This document shows, in pieces, positions 40,101-49,970 of a DNA stretch of 64,000 nucleotides; position 1 is the first letter of the stretch; the number at the start of each line of letters is the position of its first letter. Location of the stretch: assembly GCA_000934665.2 (NCBI GenBank), contig JYFJ02001398.1, positions 1-64,000 on the forward strand. Reading direction: 5' to 3'. The translations under genes and the position numbers were made by a program. Below the pieces are notes generated by a model. It was not told the origin of the DNA. It ran no database searches and was given only the letters and a program-made list of their open reading frames with translations. The stretch is from Catajapyx aquilonaris. Lineage: Eukaryota.

Positions 40101-43100
40101 TATAGGCCTCTGCGCGAATGTTATATTTCTGCAAGTGGTTATTAATAACAGGGAAAAAAACTGGAAAAGGTGGCATAATTGTGTTACAGTAATAGTATGT
40201 ATGGCCATTTACTTTTTTACTAACTCTCACGCTTTTCATCCATATGTAGACTATGTATAAAGTGTGCGCTGCTAATTATGAGTAAAGAGTGAAAAATTAC
40301 ATGCATGTGAATCGCATTAGAAACTTAAAAACTACTAGCCGTTTAAAATTAATTTTCATCTCTTATTACAAAAAATGTGCATTTCGCTTTTAGCGTAATG
40401 AAGTCATCCGAACATCTACGCCTACATTCCGGTTATAATGTAACTGTTAAAAAGCCATCTCACTAGTTAAAAAGCAACCCCATTTTTCGCTGAGGCCTAT
40501 AAATCGCAGGTTGAAAATTAATGCGACAATATTGGCTATAACATATAACTGTTAAACATAAGCATTTTGCACCGGTAATTAACGTCACATTTTACCGCAT
40601 AAATGTGACTTAAACTTTGAGTTTTGGACACTTTTCACTGGACTCCAGATTCGCATCATCCCGAGTGATTTATTATAGCTGTCATAGACGTTACCCATTT
40701 TTTTTTTCAAACAGAAGAGGTTGTAAAGAGGACGAGACTGTATAGTATCGTAAAACTATTGCCGTTCCTAGCCATAATATGGTATATGTTAACGGCCCAT
40801 AAAGCTTTATCGCATAGCTAATCTCCAGTCTACACAAATTACAAGGGCATTTCGCACGTTATTAACTGTATAACATTGAAAAAAAATGCAACATCCAACT
40901 GTAATGCAAATCCATTTATATTGAACAATCCAACTGATGTGGTTCAGAAATTAAATAACTTGGAAATTGTTTACCCCTCTTGAAGGAGCTTATACTGATT
41001 GCAAAAAAAAATCATTCCAATTTTTTTTCATATCCCCCTGTAGTAGTTCGGCGAACCCAAATCAATTTGCCCCCCATTGCACACACTGCGCAACCATCAT
41101 GTCGCATGCAATCCTAACGATGCACATGCAATAATTCAATCCCATGAAGCAACGGGAATATCCTGCCAAAATTTCCCGAGCCCTAGACAATAACCAGCTG
41201 TGATCATGATTGTGTGCACTGATTCTAATAGGCTGCTGGGACGATAGACCCTGATGCTATATATCCGCAGTCGTAGTATTCCCCGGAGCTATCCGACCAC
41301 GTAATAGGAAGTTTGAACCTTGTTGGGAGAGAATCAGGGCCTCTCGTTTGAAACTGATGGTAGAAACTATGCTAAGCGGACCTGGAACTATGGGAGGGCG
41401 TAATGTTTCAAAGGGGAAATCCTAGCCGACTATAAAACTATGCGTCCCTTGAACATTGTTGACCCGATGGTCGAAAAACAACTTTATATACGGTATATAA
41501 AAAAGAGAGGCGGTCTCGCTTTGCATATCAAAAGCAGTTGCATATTTGGTGACCATTTTTATTGTCGTATTACGAGCTTTGGGTATGCGATGTATGCGTA
41601 ATATATCGGGCGGAATTCTACTTGGCGAGGAATCTCGGGTTTCAAACCGGTACGAATCCGAGAATTACAGTGCTCAGGTAATATTACAGGTGTACAGTGT
41701 TGGACATTAATTCCGTCACACTGCTAGCGACATTTTCCGATGCGGCAGACGTGCACATCGAAGCCATGCGAGTAAGAAATGGTAGCCCTTTGGTGACCTC
41801 ACTCAAGGCCTACCTCTTCTTACTCGCACAGCTCACACTCTATCTGCCGCGTCAGAAAATGTCGCTACTGTACACTAGAGGTAACTTCTTCAGTATTGGA
41901 ACACCTTTAAAATAGAGCACTGGGTGAACCGTGTACCTCTGAAAACACCCAGTAAGTCAACATTGAAGCCAGCATCTAGCCCACCCGGAATAAGAAATTC
42001 TCTGGGTAAATACCTGCGGCCTCACTTGTTTACTGTACACTGAGACTGCGGTTAATCCTCTGGCTAACCAGCAAGCTCGGCGTTGGAAAGAGCCTCAACA
42101 ATGCAGTAAATATTGTTGCAAGAGGCGCAGTCCGCCGTTAGGTGTCAAGTGTACAGTGCTGGTCTATTAATTAACCCATCCTAAGTAGAAAGCTGGAAAA
42201 ACAATAGATAACAAACATCTCGACGATATCGCAAAAGTACTAATGAGATGTTGAAGGAGGTACTTTACAAGGCTGGAGGATAATGAAGGGCCATTTCCAA
42301 ACCATAGACCACTCTACAGTGCTACTGTACTATCAGTTTCTATGAAACGAGCCACAAGCCGGATTATCCCATGGGTAAATGATGATATGAGGTACTTTCC
42401 AAGACCTGTTGGCATCATTGTACCAAGCACAACCGCACACATCAGTATTGTTTATTCACCTCACTGTAGTTATGAGCTTATACGTGTTTCTCTAACTCAA
42501 TGTCAGCACCACGAGTAAAACACAGTGCACGGTATATCCTTATTCCAGACCGCTGGATGTACCCAGTGCAAATTGGAGTGTAGGGCACGTTGCGCCCTGA
42601 GGGTCATGATAAAATAATTACTCCCGGATTGTGCTTGAAGTGTCTGTAAATATTCACGATTTGGGTCCGGAGACTTACTCACAAGAGCCCTCAGGAGACA
42701 CAGAGTAACACGGATACATCTAGCATCAAAGACAAACTAACTGCATCTGAGTTTTTTTTTTTCTCTCTCTCTCCAAATGTTGTACCTTCTGTTGCTTTGC
42801 GGCATAGTTTAGAATGTTACTTCAACTGAATAGTGCAAGGCCGGAAGGAAAACTAGTGCTTTATTCATGTCCTGCAGGGAATGCGCAATTAAAATTTCAC
42901 CCTTTCTAGCCCCGTATTGAACGGAGAAACTGTTGAATAATTTTATTTTTTGCTTACTTTCTCTCAGGGAATGAACCGGAGTATTGTCCATTTTTCATTA
43001 CCCATTCCGTATCTCATATTGGGAATGTTTCTGTCAACTTGATTCAATATTTCAGATCCGATGCAACTATACTGCGGAAAACCTCTGCGAGCTGATATAC

Positions 43101-46100
43101 ATGACTATTACACGATTATCTGTCAGATATGTCGTCAGACAGTTCAATTATCCGAGAGACCTCCTGAGTCGTGGTCCATAAATATTAATATGCAAGTCTC
43201 CAATAGTAATCCACTAGGCACTTGTGCTGTGTCAAGAAAATGACCTCAATCCAAGTATGAATGTCGGAAAAGTCCACATGTTGAATTAATCCGCAGTCAT
43301 TTATTAAGATGCAAATGGACATGTCCGATGTGATCAATTTTGCTGGCTTGTTACTAACTTTACAAACACTTCTCGTGCAGCTCAGTTCCTTTGTCATAGT
43401 TTCGCAACAAAAATCGGTCCCACAAAGTGGAATCGCTTTTTTTTTTTAGCCCCAAAAAATGAGGAATGTGCCGCCAAAGGCTTCGGAAACAAATGTAAAA
43501 CTTTTGTGCGTGTGCCGCATGTCACTCTTTTTCAAAAAGACAAAGTTTTTCGCCAATTTTAAACCAATACACACCGGTTTCTGCATGCATATAACATTAT
43601 CCTGACAGACACACAAAAAAAGCAAGAACAAAACAACCGAAACAACGATAAATGTCCTCCCAAAAAGCTGGTGCCTGAATCTGCGACATTCCGGGTCAAC
43701 CACTCCTCTCGAGACCTCCCCATTGGCCCACCTACTAAAATATTCATATGAATGTGACGTCCAAGAGACAGGAGCAAATTTTGCAAAACCCTGGTTGTTG
43801 CAGGTGGCCAACTGTTCTTTCCACCAAAAATCTCTTGGGATATATCTATTTTTTCGGACCACTTTTCGTTCACTTGCCGCATTTTTTTCGGGTTTTTTTT
43901 CGGGGGGGGGGGGGNAAATGGGCGTGGCTATCCTGTTTACTTATTGACGACTGAGTTGCGGGGGGCTCGAATTGCACTGAAAAATGCAAGAGATGGCCAT
44001 CCTGCCATACAGCTAAAGCATAAGAAAGAGGTCCTTTTCCCTCGTTTTTTACTCGTTTCTACCCTACTTTCCACTTTCATTTTGGACTAACTTTTTCCCA
44101 CATTGGAACACACTACAAAAAAAAAACAAAAAAAATAGACATTGTTGGTCTCTAGGGATATTCGATGCATTTTTTAAGGTGGAGGGTACGACTTGGACTG
44201 CTTACCCCTATCATGTTGGCTTATATTTTTTCATTGCCGATTCTCTTACTGCTTTTCAGAGGTGTCAGGAGAATTCGTTTTTTGAACTTAGGCACGTGGA
44301 AAATAGAAGTTCGGTTAGTCAACAACAGGTGGAGGAAGTTTGCAGGGTTCCAACACCTGTTGTTGAGTGAAGGAACTATAATTTTAGTGTGATAACATAT
44401 TGCAATAATTTTTCTGGGGTGTACTATCGGTCTCAATTAGTTTCGGCCACTTTATCCTGCTCTTGATGCAACCCTTCACACACCTCATCACCATGGGGCA
44501 TGTGCGAATGGTTGCTTCAAGACCAGGATAAAGTGGTCGAAACTGAGTAGGCCTACATGAAGAAATATACAGGTGTGAACTGAATAAATGAAATTAATAT
44601 TTAGGAACCAGGTAATATAAAGCAAAATGGGCCGAATTCTGCCATTTTGTCATACATTTGAAAAAGGCAATACTATAGCTTTGCAGGGTACTGCAGAAGT
44701 AAGCACTATCCATTTTATCAAAATTCCGGGCCCGTCTCTGATATTGAACGTTACCCTGGCTATTCAGGACAACCCACGCCTCGGCTGTGCATCGGGACAC
44801 TCTAACACTCAGGATGTAAGGTGCATTTCGCCATCTGATATTGACTCAATGGGGTCATAAGCTTCTAAGTAAACAACCCAATATTTTCTACCAGTCATCT
44901 CACCCAAATGAATGACTTATACGGATAAATGCTGGCCATTATTAGATGACAAGTTCTGATAATCAGAACACAAACAGGGCTCTCTTTACTTTCTTGGCTG
45001 GAACTAATTGAACAAAAATGCTGGGGGAAAACTCATCAGATTTCCACCAACCCGATAGCACCCTATTACGTTACCAATTACAAAGCCCAGTTCTTTAGTA
45101 ATTGATTTGGAAAAGCTTGCTTGTAATTACATGGGCTTGAAGAAGCTTGAATCCCTAATGGGAATGATTTTTTTTTTTCCTCCGCAGGTCCTCCTACCGG
45201 ATGATGAGGACACATTATATTGGTGCAAGATTTTCAAGCTTCCGGATATAGATAGGAAGCATCACATCATACGGGTAAGTTTACATAATTACACCATAAT
45301 TAGAACAACCACAATGTGCATTGTTATATGCTGATTTTTGTGTTGCAGTATGAGCCGGTGTTTGCCACTGGTAACCAGGGCTTGGTGCACCATGCTGTGG
45401 TGTATGAATGCCAGGGTGAAGACTCCGCATTTGAGGTGCTGGCTCGGCACAAGGGACATAGATGCTATCAACCCAACATGCCTCCGCTGTTTTTCAACTG
45501 CAACAATGTCATAGTGGCATGGGCTCTGGGATCTGAGGTACTACATAGTACAGGGTATTCCACCATTTCAGTTCAAAGAACTGGTAATGACTCTTCATAT
45601 GTTCCAGGGTTTGACCCTTCCTGACGATGTGGGCTACCCCCTCGACCCAGAGCGAGGCCCCCGTTTCTTTCTCCTGGAGACCCACTATGACAATCCTGCC
45701 CTGCGTTCTGGGGTTCGTGACTCTTCTGGCATCCGTGTGTACCACACCAGCCACCTGCGACGGCATGATGCAGGGGTGCTTTCTGTGGGGCTGGATCCCA
45801 ACTGGAAGCACATCATCCCACCGGGCCAGCCAGAGGTGACCTCCCAGGGTCACTGCATCTCTGCTTGCACTTCCAAAGCTCTCCCGCCCCAAGGAATCAA
45901 TGTGTTTGCAGTCATGTTGCACACACATCTCATTGGGACCAAGGTGTCCCTCAGGCTGATCCGAAATCACACAGAGTTGCCACCCATTGCCAGGGATCTC
46001 AACTACCGGTTCAACTACCAGGAGTACCGGGCGCTCTCTAATCCTGTCAGGGTCATGCCGGTAAGATCGCTGCTCTCTCTATCTTGGTGTAGAAAATTGA

Positions 46101-47392
46101 ACTTGTGACTTTTTTAGTGCATTGTCATTCATGCCACATGTGGGTACCAGAACCTAAGGCATACTTATATCGAACCCACTGAAACGAATGTCAACTGTTC
46201 AGAGGAGCATTTAAAGTACACAGCTCCTCCTTGGATTTCAGTTGTTTATGGTGCAGGCCATTAGATAGCTGCTGCAATAAGTTCCCAGAAAGTCGATAGC
46301 TCTTAGATAATGGCTGGTGTGAATGTAAATGTACACAGTAATTGAAAGTGACAGATACTAATTGAGTTATTCTCTGCCAGGGTGACCACCTAATTGGTGA
46401 GTGTGTGTATGACAGCCGAGACCGCAGTGCCATCACCTTGGGAGGCCTGTCCACGCGAGAGGAGATGTGCCTGGCCTTTGCCTTCTACTACCCAAGGGTC
46501 CAGCTGGCCCTCTGTTATTCCCTGCCCTCCTTGCCAACAGTCCTTCGCTCCCTGGGAATTAGGGAACTCTGGCAGTACGTCCTCATTCAGCATACTGCAT
46601 GCCACTGCAGATGTGATGTAATAAAACATGTGATCATTTTTGTGCCATTATTTTCAGGGGCTCAAATCCTGTCAAGATCAAGTCTCCACCAGAGCTGGCT
46701 GACATGACCTTAGAAGAGAGGCTAGTGACTTATGACTGGGAGAGGCACTTCCATCAGTTTCAGGATGCAACACGGAAAGGCTCTTTCAAGCCCTTGTGTT
46801 GGCTGCATGGAAAGTCACTTCTGCCGGTAAGTGCACAGCAATATTTGCACTTGCTAAAAAGGCAGGAACTTAACTGGCCATTTATAAATGCCATCTTTCT
46901 ACAGTCACAGAAGTTTACTCAAAAACAGCCTCAAATTGAGATGCAGTTGCTATCAATTTTTTTGCACACCACTGCTTGTTATTAACTTGTTGCTTTCAAA
47001 CTTCTATGCAGCTCATATCTTTAGGAAAAATATACTGTTTAAGGCTAATCCAGGAATGTATTTTTCCAAAGGGCACGGAAGACTTTGAAGCCTACTACCC
47101 CAACATCACAGAGCGCTACTCCACGCCTGATCTGTGTCAGGTGCAGCCCTCCCTGCCAATAAACCCAAAGAGCACGTCACCCCATCATGGGGCATCCCCA
47201 GAGGTGGGCCTTGCCAATGAGGGTCAGCTGCTGTCCTCGGGAGCCCATGACATCACCAGTGTCGGGAGTGGAAGCAGCAGCGGAAGTACTGAAGAAGATA
47301 CGGCCTCCGGGGGTGGGCTCATTCCCCTTCCAACCTTCCTCTTCCTCACTCTTCTTGCTGCCTTCTTACCCACTGCTGCACCCTCTGCCTGA
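15795..47392 (+). CDS. MOXD1: DBH-like monooxygenase (MOXD1-like; DOMON + Cu2_monooxygenase N/C), 9 coding exons, about 690 aa
   Basis: Exons 15795-16121, 34439-34585, 36196-36381, 45188-45274, 45349-45537, 45608-46060, 46381-46574, 46658-46826 and 47072-47392 join via GT..AG into one open frame. Signal peptide MRWWLALALVLVLAPA; DOMON motifs GLGFSPDGNMAGADVV, QDYQLL, RKYDTCDPHD; CuH ligands VHH and ETHYDNP; CuM ligands HTHLIG and EEMC; hydrophobic C-terminus. Exact orthology within the DBH/TbH/MOXD family was not tested. Confidence 0.92.
20265..20500 (+). mobile_element. Intact hAT-superfamily MITE (family A), 236 bp
   Basis: TIRs TAGGGCTGTACGATAT / ATATCGCACAGCCCTA; perfect 8-bp TSD CTCCTGTC at 20257-20264 and 20501-20508. 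Confidence 0.9.
20571..20610 (+). mobile_element. hAT/Charlie-like terminus fragment
   Basis: CAGTGGTTCCCTACCTTTTT...GCGACCCC resembles Charlie-type ends; no partner end found. Confidence 0.4.
21293..21511. mobile_element. MITE family B, copy 2 (left end degraded)
   Basis: Same arms; right end ATTAATGTCCAACTCTG followed by TA. Confidence 0.8.
23534..23810. mobile_element. Degenerate MITE-like element with about 40-bp imperfect inverted repeats
   Basis: TGGCCACATAAGTTGAGCTAGGAATCTAGCAGGATTTTAAT versus ATTAAAATTATGCCAGATTCCTAGCACTTTTTGTGGCCA. Confidence 0.55.
29374..29609. mobile_element. MITE family B, copy 3
   Basis: taCAGTGTTGGACATTAAT...GCGAGTAAGAA...TTCTTACTCGC...ATTAATGTCCAGC. Confidence 0.85.
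29652..29916. repeat. Long foldback inverted repeat (about 110-bp arms, 45-bp spacer), probably a MITE
   Basis: 29652-29760 is the near-perfect reverse complement of 29806-29916. Confidence 0.88.
31881..32463. mobile_element. MITE family B, copy 4, interrupted by a nested MITE
   Basis: Family B arms; right arm GTCGCTA|GCAGTATG is split by the insertion 32092-32424. Confidence 0.85.
32092..32424. mobile_element. Nested MITE (family C) with 29-bp perfect TIRs and TA TSD (Tc1/mariner-like)
   Basis: TTATGCGATTCACGAGTCCTGGCCTGTTA (32092-32120) / TAACAGGCCAGGACTCGTGAATCGCATAA (32396-32424); TA on both sides; the empty site GTCGCTAGCAG is seen in copy 3. Confidence 0.9.
34439..34585 (+). CDS. MOXD1: MOXD1-like coding exon 2 (DOMON); absent from the ORF track
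   Basis: ttctgattccag|DGHAEGQFAPLLDSSQDYQLLRAYENDTHTVFRFRRKYDTCDPHDYRIT|gtaagt; 147 nt, phase 0/0. Confidence 0.92.
34606..34715 (+). repeat. Compound (TA/TG)n simple repeat just after MOXD1 exon 2
   Basis: tataatataata...tatatgtgtatatg. Confidence 0.85.
36196..36381 (+). CDS. MOXD1: MOXD1-like coding exon 3 (end of DOMON)
   Basis: tatttcag|NDTVRILFAYW...LPYHGPFRRGARSAYLL...WELRNPD|gtaagt; 186 nt. Confidence 0.92.
39070..39445. repeat. AT-rich about 150-bp tandem duplication followed by an inverted partial copy
   Basis: Unit (AAATACATTATTTAT...CCCATTCC...AAAAATCCAGAC...TTACTAATTTTA) occurs twice, then GGAATGGGAGGTAAAT in the opposite orientation. Confidence 0.7.
41695..41870. mobile_element. 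MITE family B, copy 5 (internally deleted)
   Basis: tgtaCAGTGTTGGACATTAAT...GCGAGTAAGAA...TTCTTACTCGC...GTCGCTACTGtaca. Confidence 0.85.
44438..44544. repeat. Short inverted repeat / hairpin (about 45-bp arms)
   Basis: TAGTTTCGGCCACTTTATCCTGCTCTTGATGCAACCCTTCACACA pairs with TGTGCGAATGGTTGCTTCAAGACCAGGATAAAGTGGTCGAAACTG. Confidence 0.75.
45188..45274 (+). CDS. MOXD1: MOXD1-like coding exon 4
   Basis: tccgcag|VLLPDDEDTLYWCKIFKLPDIDRKHHIIR|gtaagt. Confidence 0.92.
45349..45537 (+). CDS. MOXD1: MOXD1-like coding exon 5 (CuH HH motif)
   Basis: ttgcag|YEPV...LVHHAVVYEC...VIVAWALGSE|gtacta. Confidence 0.92.
45608..46060 (+). CDS. MOXD1: MOXD1-like coding exon 6 (ETHYDNP, DSSG, HTH)
   Basis: ttccag|GLTLPDDVGYP...ETHYDNP...DSSGIR...HDAG...MLHTHLIG...NYQE...RVMP|gtaaga. 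Confidence 0.93.
46381..46574 (+). CDS. MOXD1: MOXD1-like coding exon 7 (EEMC CuM Met)
   Basis: tctgccag|GDHLIGECVYDS...GGLSTREEMCLAFAFYYP...ELW(CA)|gtacgt; phase 2. Confidence 0.9.
46658..46826 (+). CDS. MOXD1: MOXD1-like coding exon 8
   Basis: ttttcag|(G)GSNPVKIKSPPELADMTLEERLVTYDW...KSLLP|gtaagt. Confidence 0.85.
47072..47392 (+). CDS. MOXD1: MOXD1-like coding exon 9 (Ser/Gly spacer, hydrophobic C-terminal anchor, stop)
   Basis: tttttccaaag|GTEDFEAYYPNIT...ASGGGLIPLPTFLFLTLLAAFLPTAAPSA* (TGA). Confidence 0.85.
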   Translation, partial: GTEDFEAYYPNITERYSTPDLCQVQPSLPINPKSTSPHHGASPEVGLANEGQLLSSGAHDITSVGSGSSSGSTEEDTASGGGLIPLPTFLFLTLLAAFLPTAAPSA

Positions 47393-49553
47393 TGAGTTGC
47401 TTCTTTTCTATTATTGTCAAAAAGGGTGTTATGAAAGGACGAAAATCAGGTTAGGTTGGGTGCTCACTGTTGACCTCTGCTAAACTCATTGTTGACCTTG
47501 TTTGTAAGTCAGTTTGCAGAGGGTTATGTGTGTGTTCAATTCTACTTTGTTTCCATCTGGAAAAGGGATAATAGTGGTCCATCAAGGGATTGCTTCAACT
47601 TTTGGCGCTAAATCTAACGAGAGTGACTTATATCACGTGATACCCATTCAGATTATTCCCACTGTTGCATTTTTTCACTGCTGACAACTTCAATGAGCTT
47701 AACCTCTGCGCTGTTTCTATTCCTCCTCCTGTACCAAACAACATTCCCAGGAACGATCCCTGAACTGACGCTCTTACCTACTGCAGTCACCTGTGACCCC
47801 TACTTTTGTGACCCCCAACACCCCGGAGAGACATCCGGCCAGTGCCTTCCGCTATCAGTGCTGGAAACGTGTAAAATAAAGTAAAAACTGCCAAAGCAGC
47901 AAACCGGGATCTCACCGAGTGCAAACGGAACAATGAGAAGAAAACATGGGAGCCCCTTTTTTTTTTGTGCAATAGAAGACAGACTTGAGCCAAGAGCGCC
48001 TCCCAAAACGTGTTATGAAGTGAAAAGGGAAAAGAAAACAAGTTTCTTTTCGTCCCTGCCAAATTCGGAGGGGCCGAGTTTATCATGCAGTCCGTGTGTT
48101 TTCTTTACAGAGAGTATTGTAAAGTGGTACTACAGAATAGTACTGACAAACACAAATTTTCATAGCTGATTTATGGCAACAACTTAAAAAATTTGTACAA
48201 CATGGCTGAATTGCCTTAAAAGATTATTGGGCAGAGTACTACAATATTGTTGAAACATATTTCGCTCAACAGATATCCAATGTTATACAATGAAAAATTT
48301 AATATTTATCAAGTTAAATTGAAATCAAAACAATGCCCATTACAGCTATGATATATTCGCACACTGTATTACTCTCGAAGCCGTGGATGTGGCTATGATG
48401 GCAACCACACAGTATTGCCATCTGGGCTGTTTACGAAGTACTGCAGTGAGCTAAAATATATTTTTTGTGAAAGTATGCAAATCGACTCATGTTTGTCCTT
48501 CACATATGTTGCCATTTTATATCACACAAATGTAAACAAATCTTCTAAGAGTGTTTTTGTAACTGTAACATTCCCAAGTAGTTCCTTGTTGCTTTCTGAA
48601 CTTCTTACGTAAGGTAAGATTCCTCTCTAAACTACAACGATAGTTTCAATCACCACTGTTCAATGTGACAGCTAGTACATGATGATGCTTATGTATCAAA
48701 ATTGAGGTCCACATGTGATAGCAGCTGCATTTGTTTTAATTAGAACAAAGATGCAGGTCTAGGACAAGAGCGGCCAAAGATGTGCAGACACCAACCCAAA
48801 TACTCAAAACGAAGGGCACTCAAGGAGTCGATTTGACAATGCCATAAATAAAGAAAAAAAGGAACTGCAAGCGCATGACAAAACCCCAATCTAGTAAAAC
48901 AAGTCCCCGCCGACAGTGCGGCTAGTCAATGCACCCTCCCCCACAACAATCCAGCCAGATATTCAGCGCAACGAAGTGAACTGTTAAGAAGAAATAAATG
49001 GACAGATATTCAAATGGGTGCACACAAAAGACTTGGGAATCCGACGCACTAGTCGCCATTCTATAAATATATATATTACAATTTTTTTTAACGATTTTTT
49101 TTTTGGGATGGTGGGGTGGTGCTACGGCTCTGCCATCTCATCACTGTACATCTTTGTATATGTGTGTACCCTACGTTTTTATATAGAGACGAACGAGTGG
49201 TTACCAATCAATTAATAAATCATCCTATTTAAGAGACTATGGCTCCAAATTATTTCAGTGTCAACCATATGTAATTAGTTCTCATCTACATCCTACAGTG
49301 TCTATCTAAAAGAATGCATCAGAGAATTCTCCAGTGACCATCTACTCTTTAAGCTTCTAAGGTCTCGTTATATCTGTTCAGCAAATAGGAGGTGCAGTAC
49401 CGGAGAGAGCAGCTCGAGATGTTGTTTCGGTACACTTGACAATAGTAGGCTGTGAGGAGGAGCAATACCTGTGTCCGTCACTGCATCTCGAGAGAGACTG
49501 TTCCTCCAGCATAAGCGCATCTAATAAATGTATTGCATTGCATGCCTTGAATC

Positions 49554-49970
49554 CTATGTAAAGAAAATGCCACACTGGAGACTCCAGCACAGCTTAACAA
49601 ATTGCTGCACTTGCATTATCTCCAGGTTTGGTTCAGACACCACCTTGAAGAGGAACTCGATAAGGAGAAGAACATCATTTAAGACATCCATAGGTGGGCT
49701 TTGAGAAGTGGACAAGACCTGGGACTTGGCATCTTTGAATCGCTTCCTCAGGGCCTCAACACGATGCATGAATTTCTTGAGATCACCACCACACATCAGG
49801 CACTTCTTTTTGTCCATTTCACATGGCATGTGACATTTGGGACAGCTATATCTGGTGAAGGGATTCTTTGTTGGCATCAGGGGTTCCCAGTTTTCTACAC
49901 ATGCAGGACAATCGCAGTGGAACATGTAGAGTTGATGCATTTTCACACATCGTTCTTCCATTGGAGTACT
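49554..49970 (-). CDS. SMYD4: SMYD4-like last coding exon (post-SET, C-terminal domain)
   Basis: ctttcag|STPMEERCVKMHQLYMFHCDCPAC...CPKC...CLMC...QCGIFFT* (TAG). Confidence 0.85.
   Translation of the reverse strand, partial: STPMEERCVKMHQLYMFHCDCPACVENWEPLMPTKNPFTRYSCPKCHMPCEMDKKKCLMCGGDLKKFMHRVEALRKRFKDAKSQVLSTSQSPPMDVLNDVLLLIEFLFKVVSEPNLEIMQVQQFVKLCWSLQCGIFFT

Noticed and set aside
4381..43916. Long G/C homopolymers with single N bases (e.g. 4392, 18777, 28293, 34273, 34925, 43915) as a G-quadruplex system
   Set aside because: The Ns show uncertain base calls in homopolymers; lengths are unreliable and such tracts are common.
44500..44550. Hammerhead ribozyme (GACCA...TGGTC-GAAAC looks like stem II plus GAAA)
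   Set aside because: The required CUGANGA core before stem II is missing on both strands (GCTTCAA / GCATCAA).
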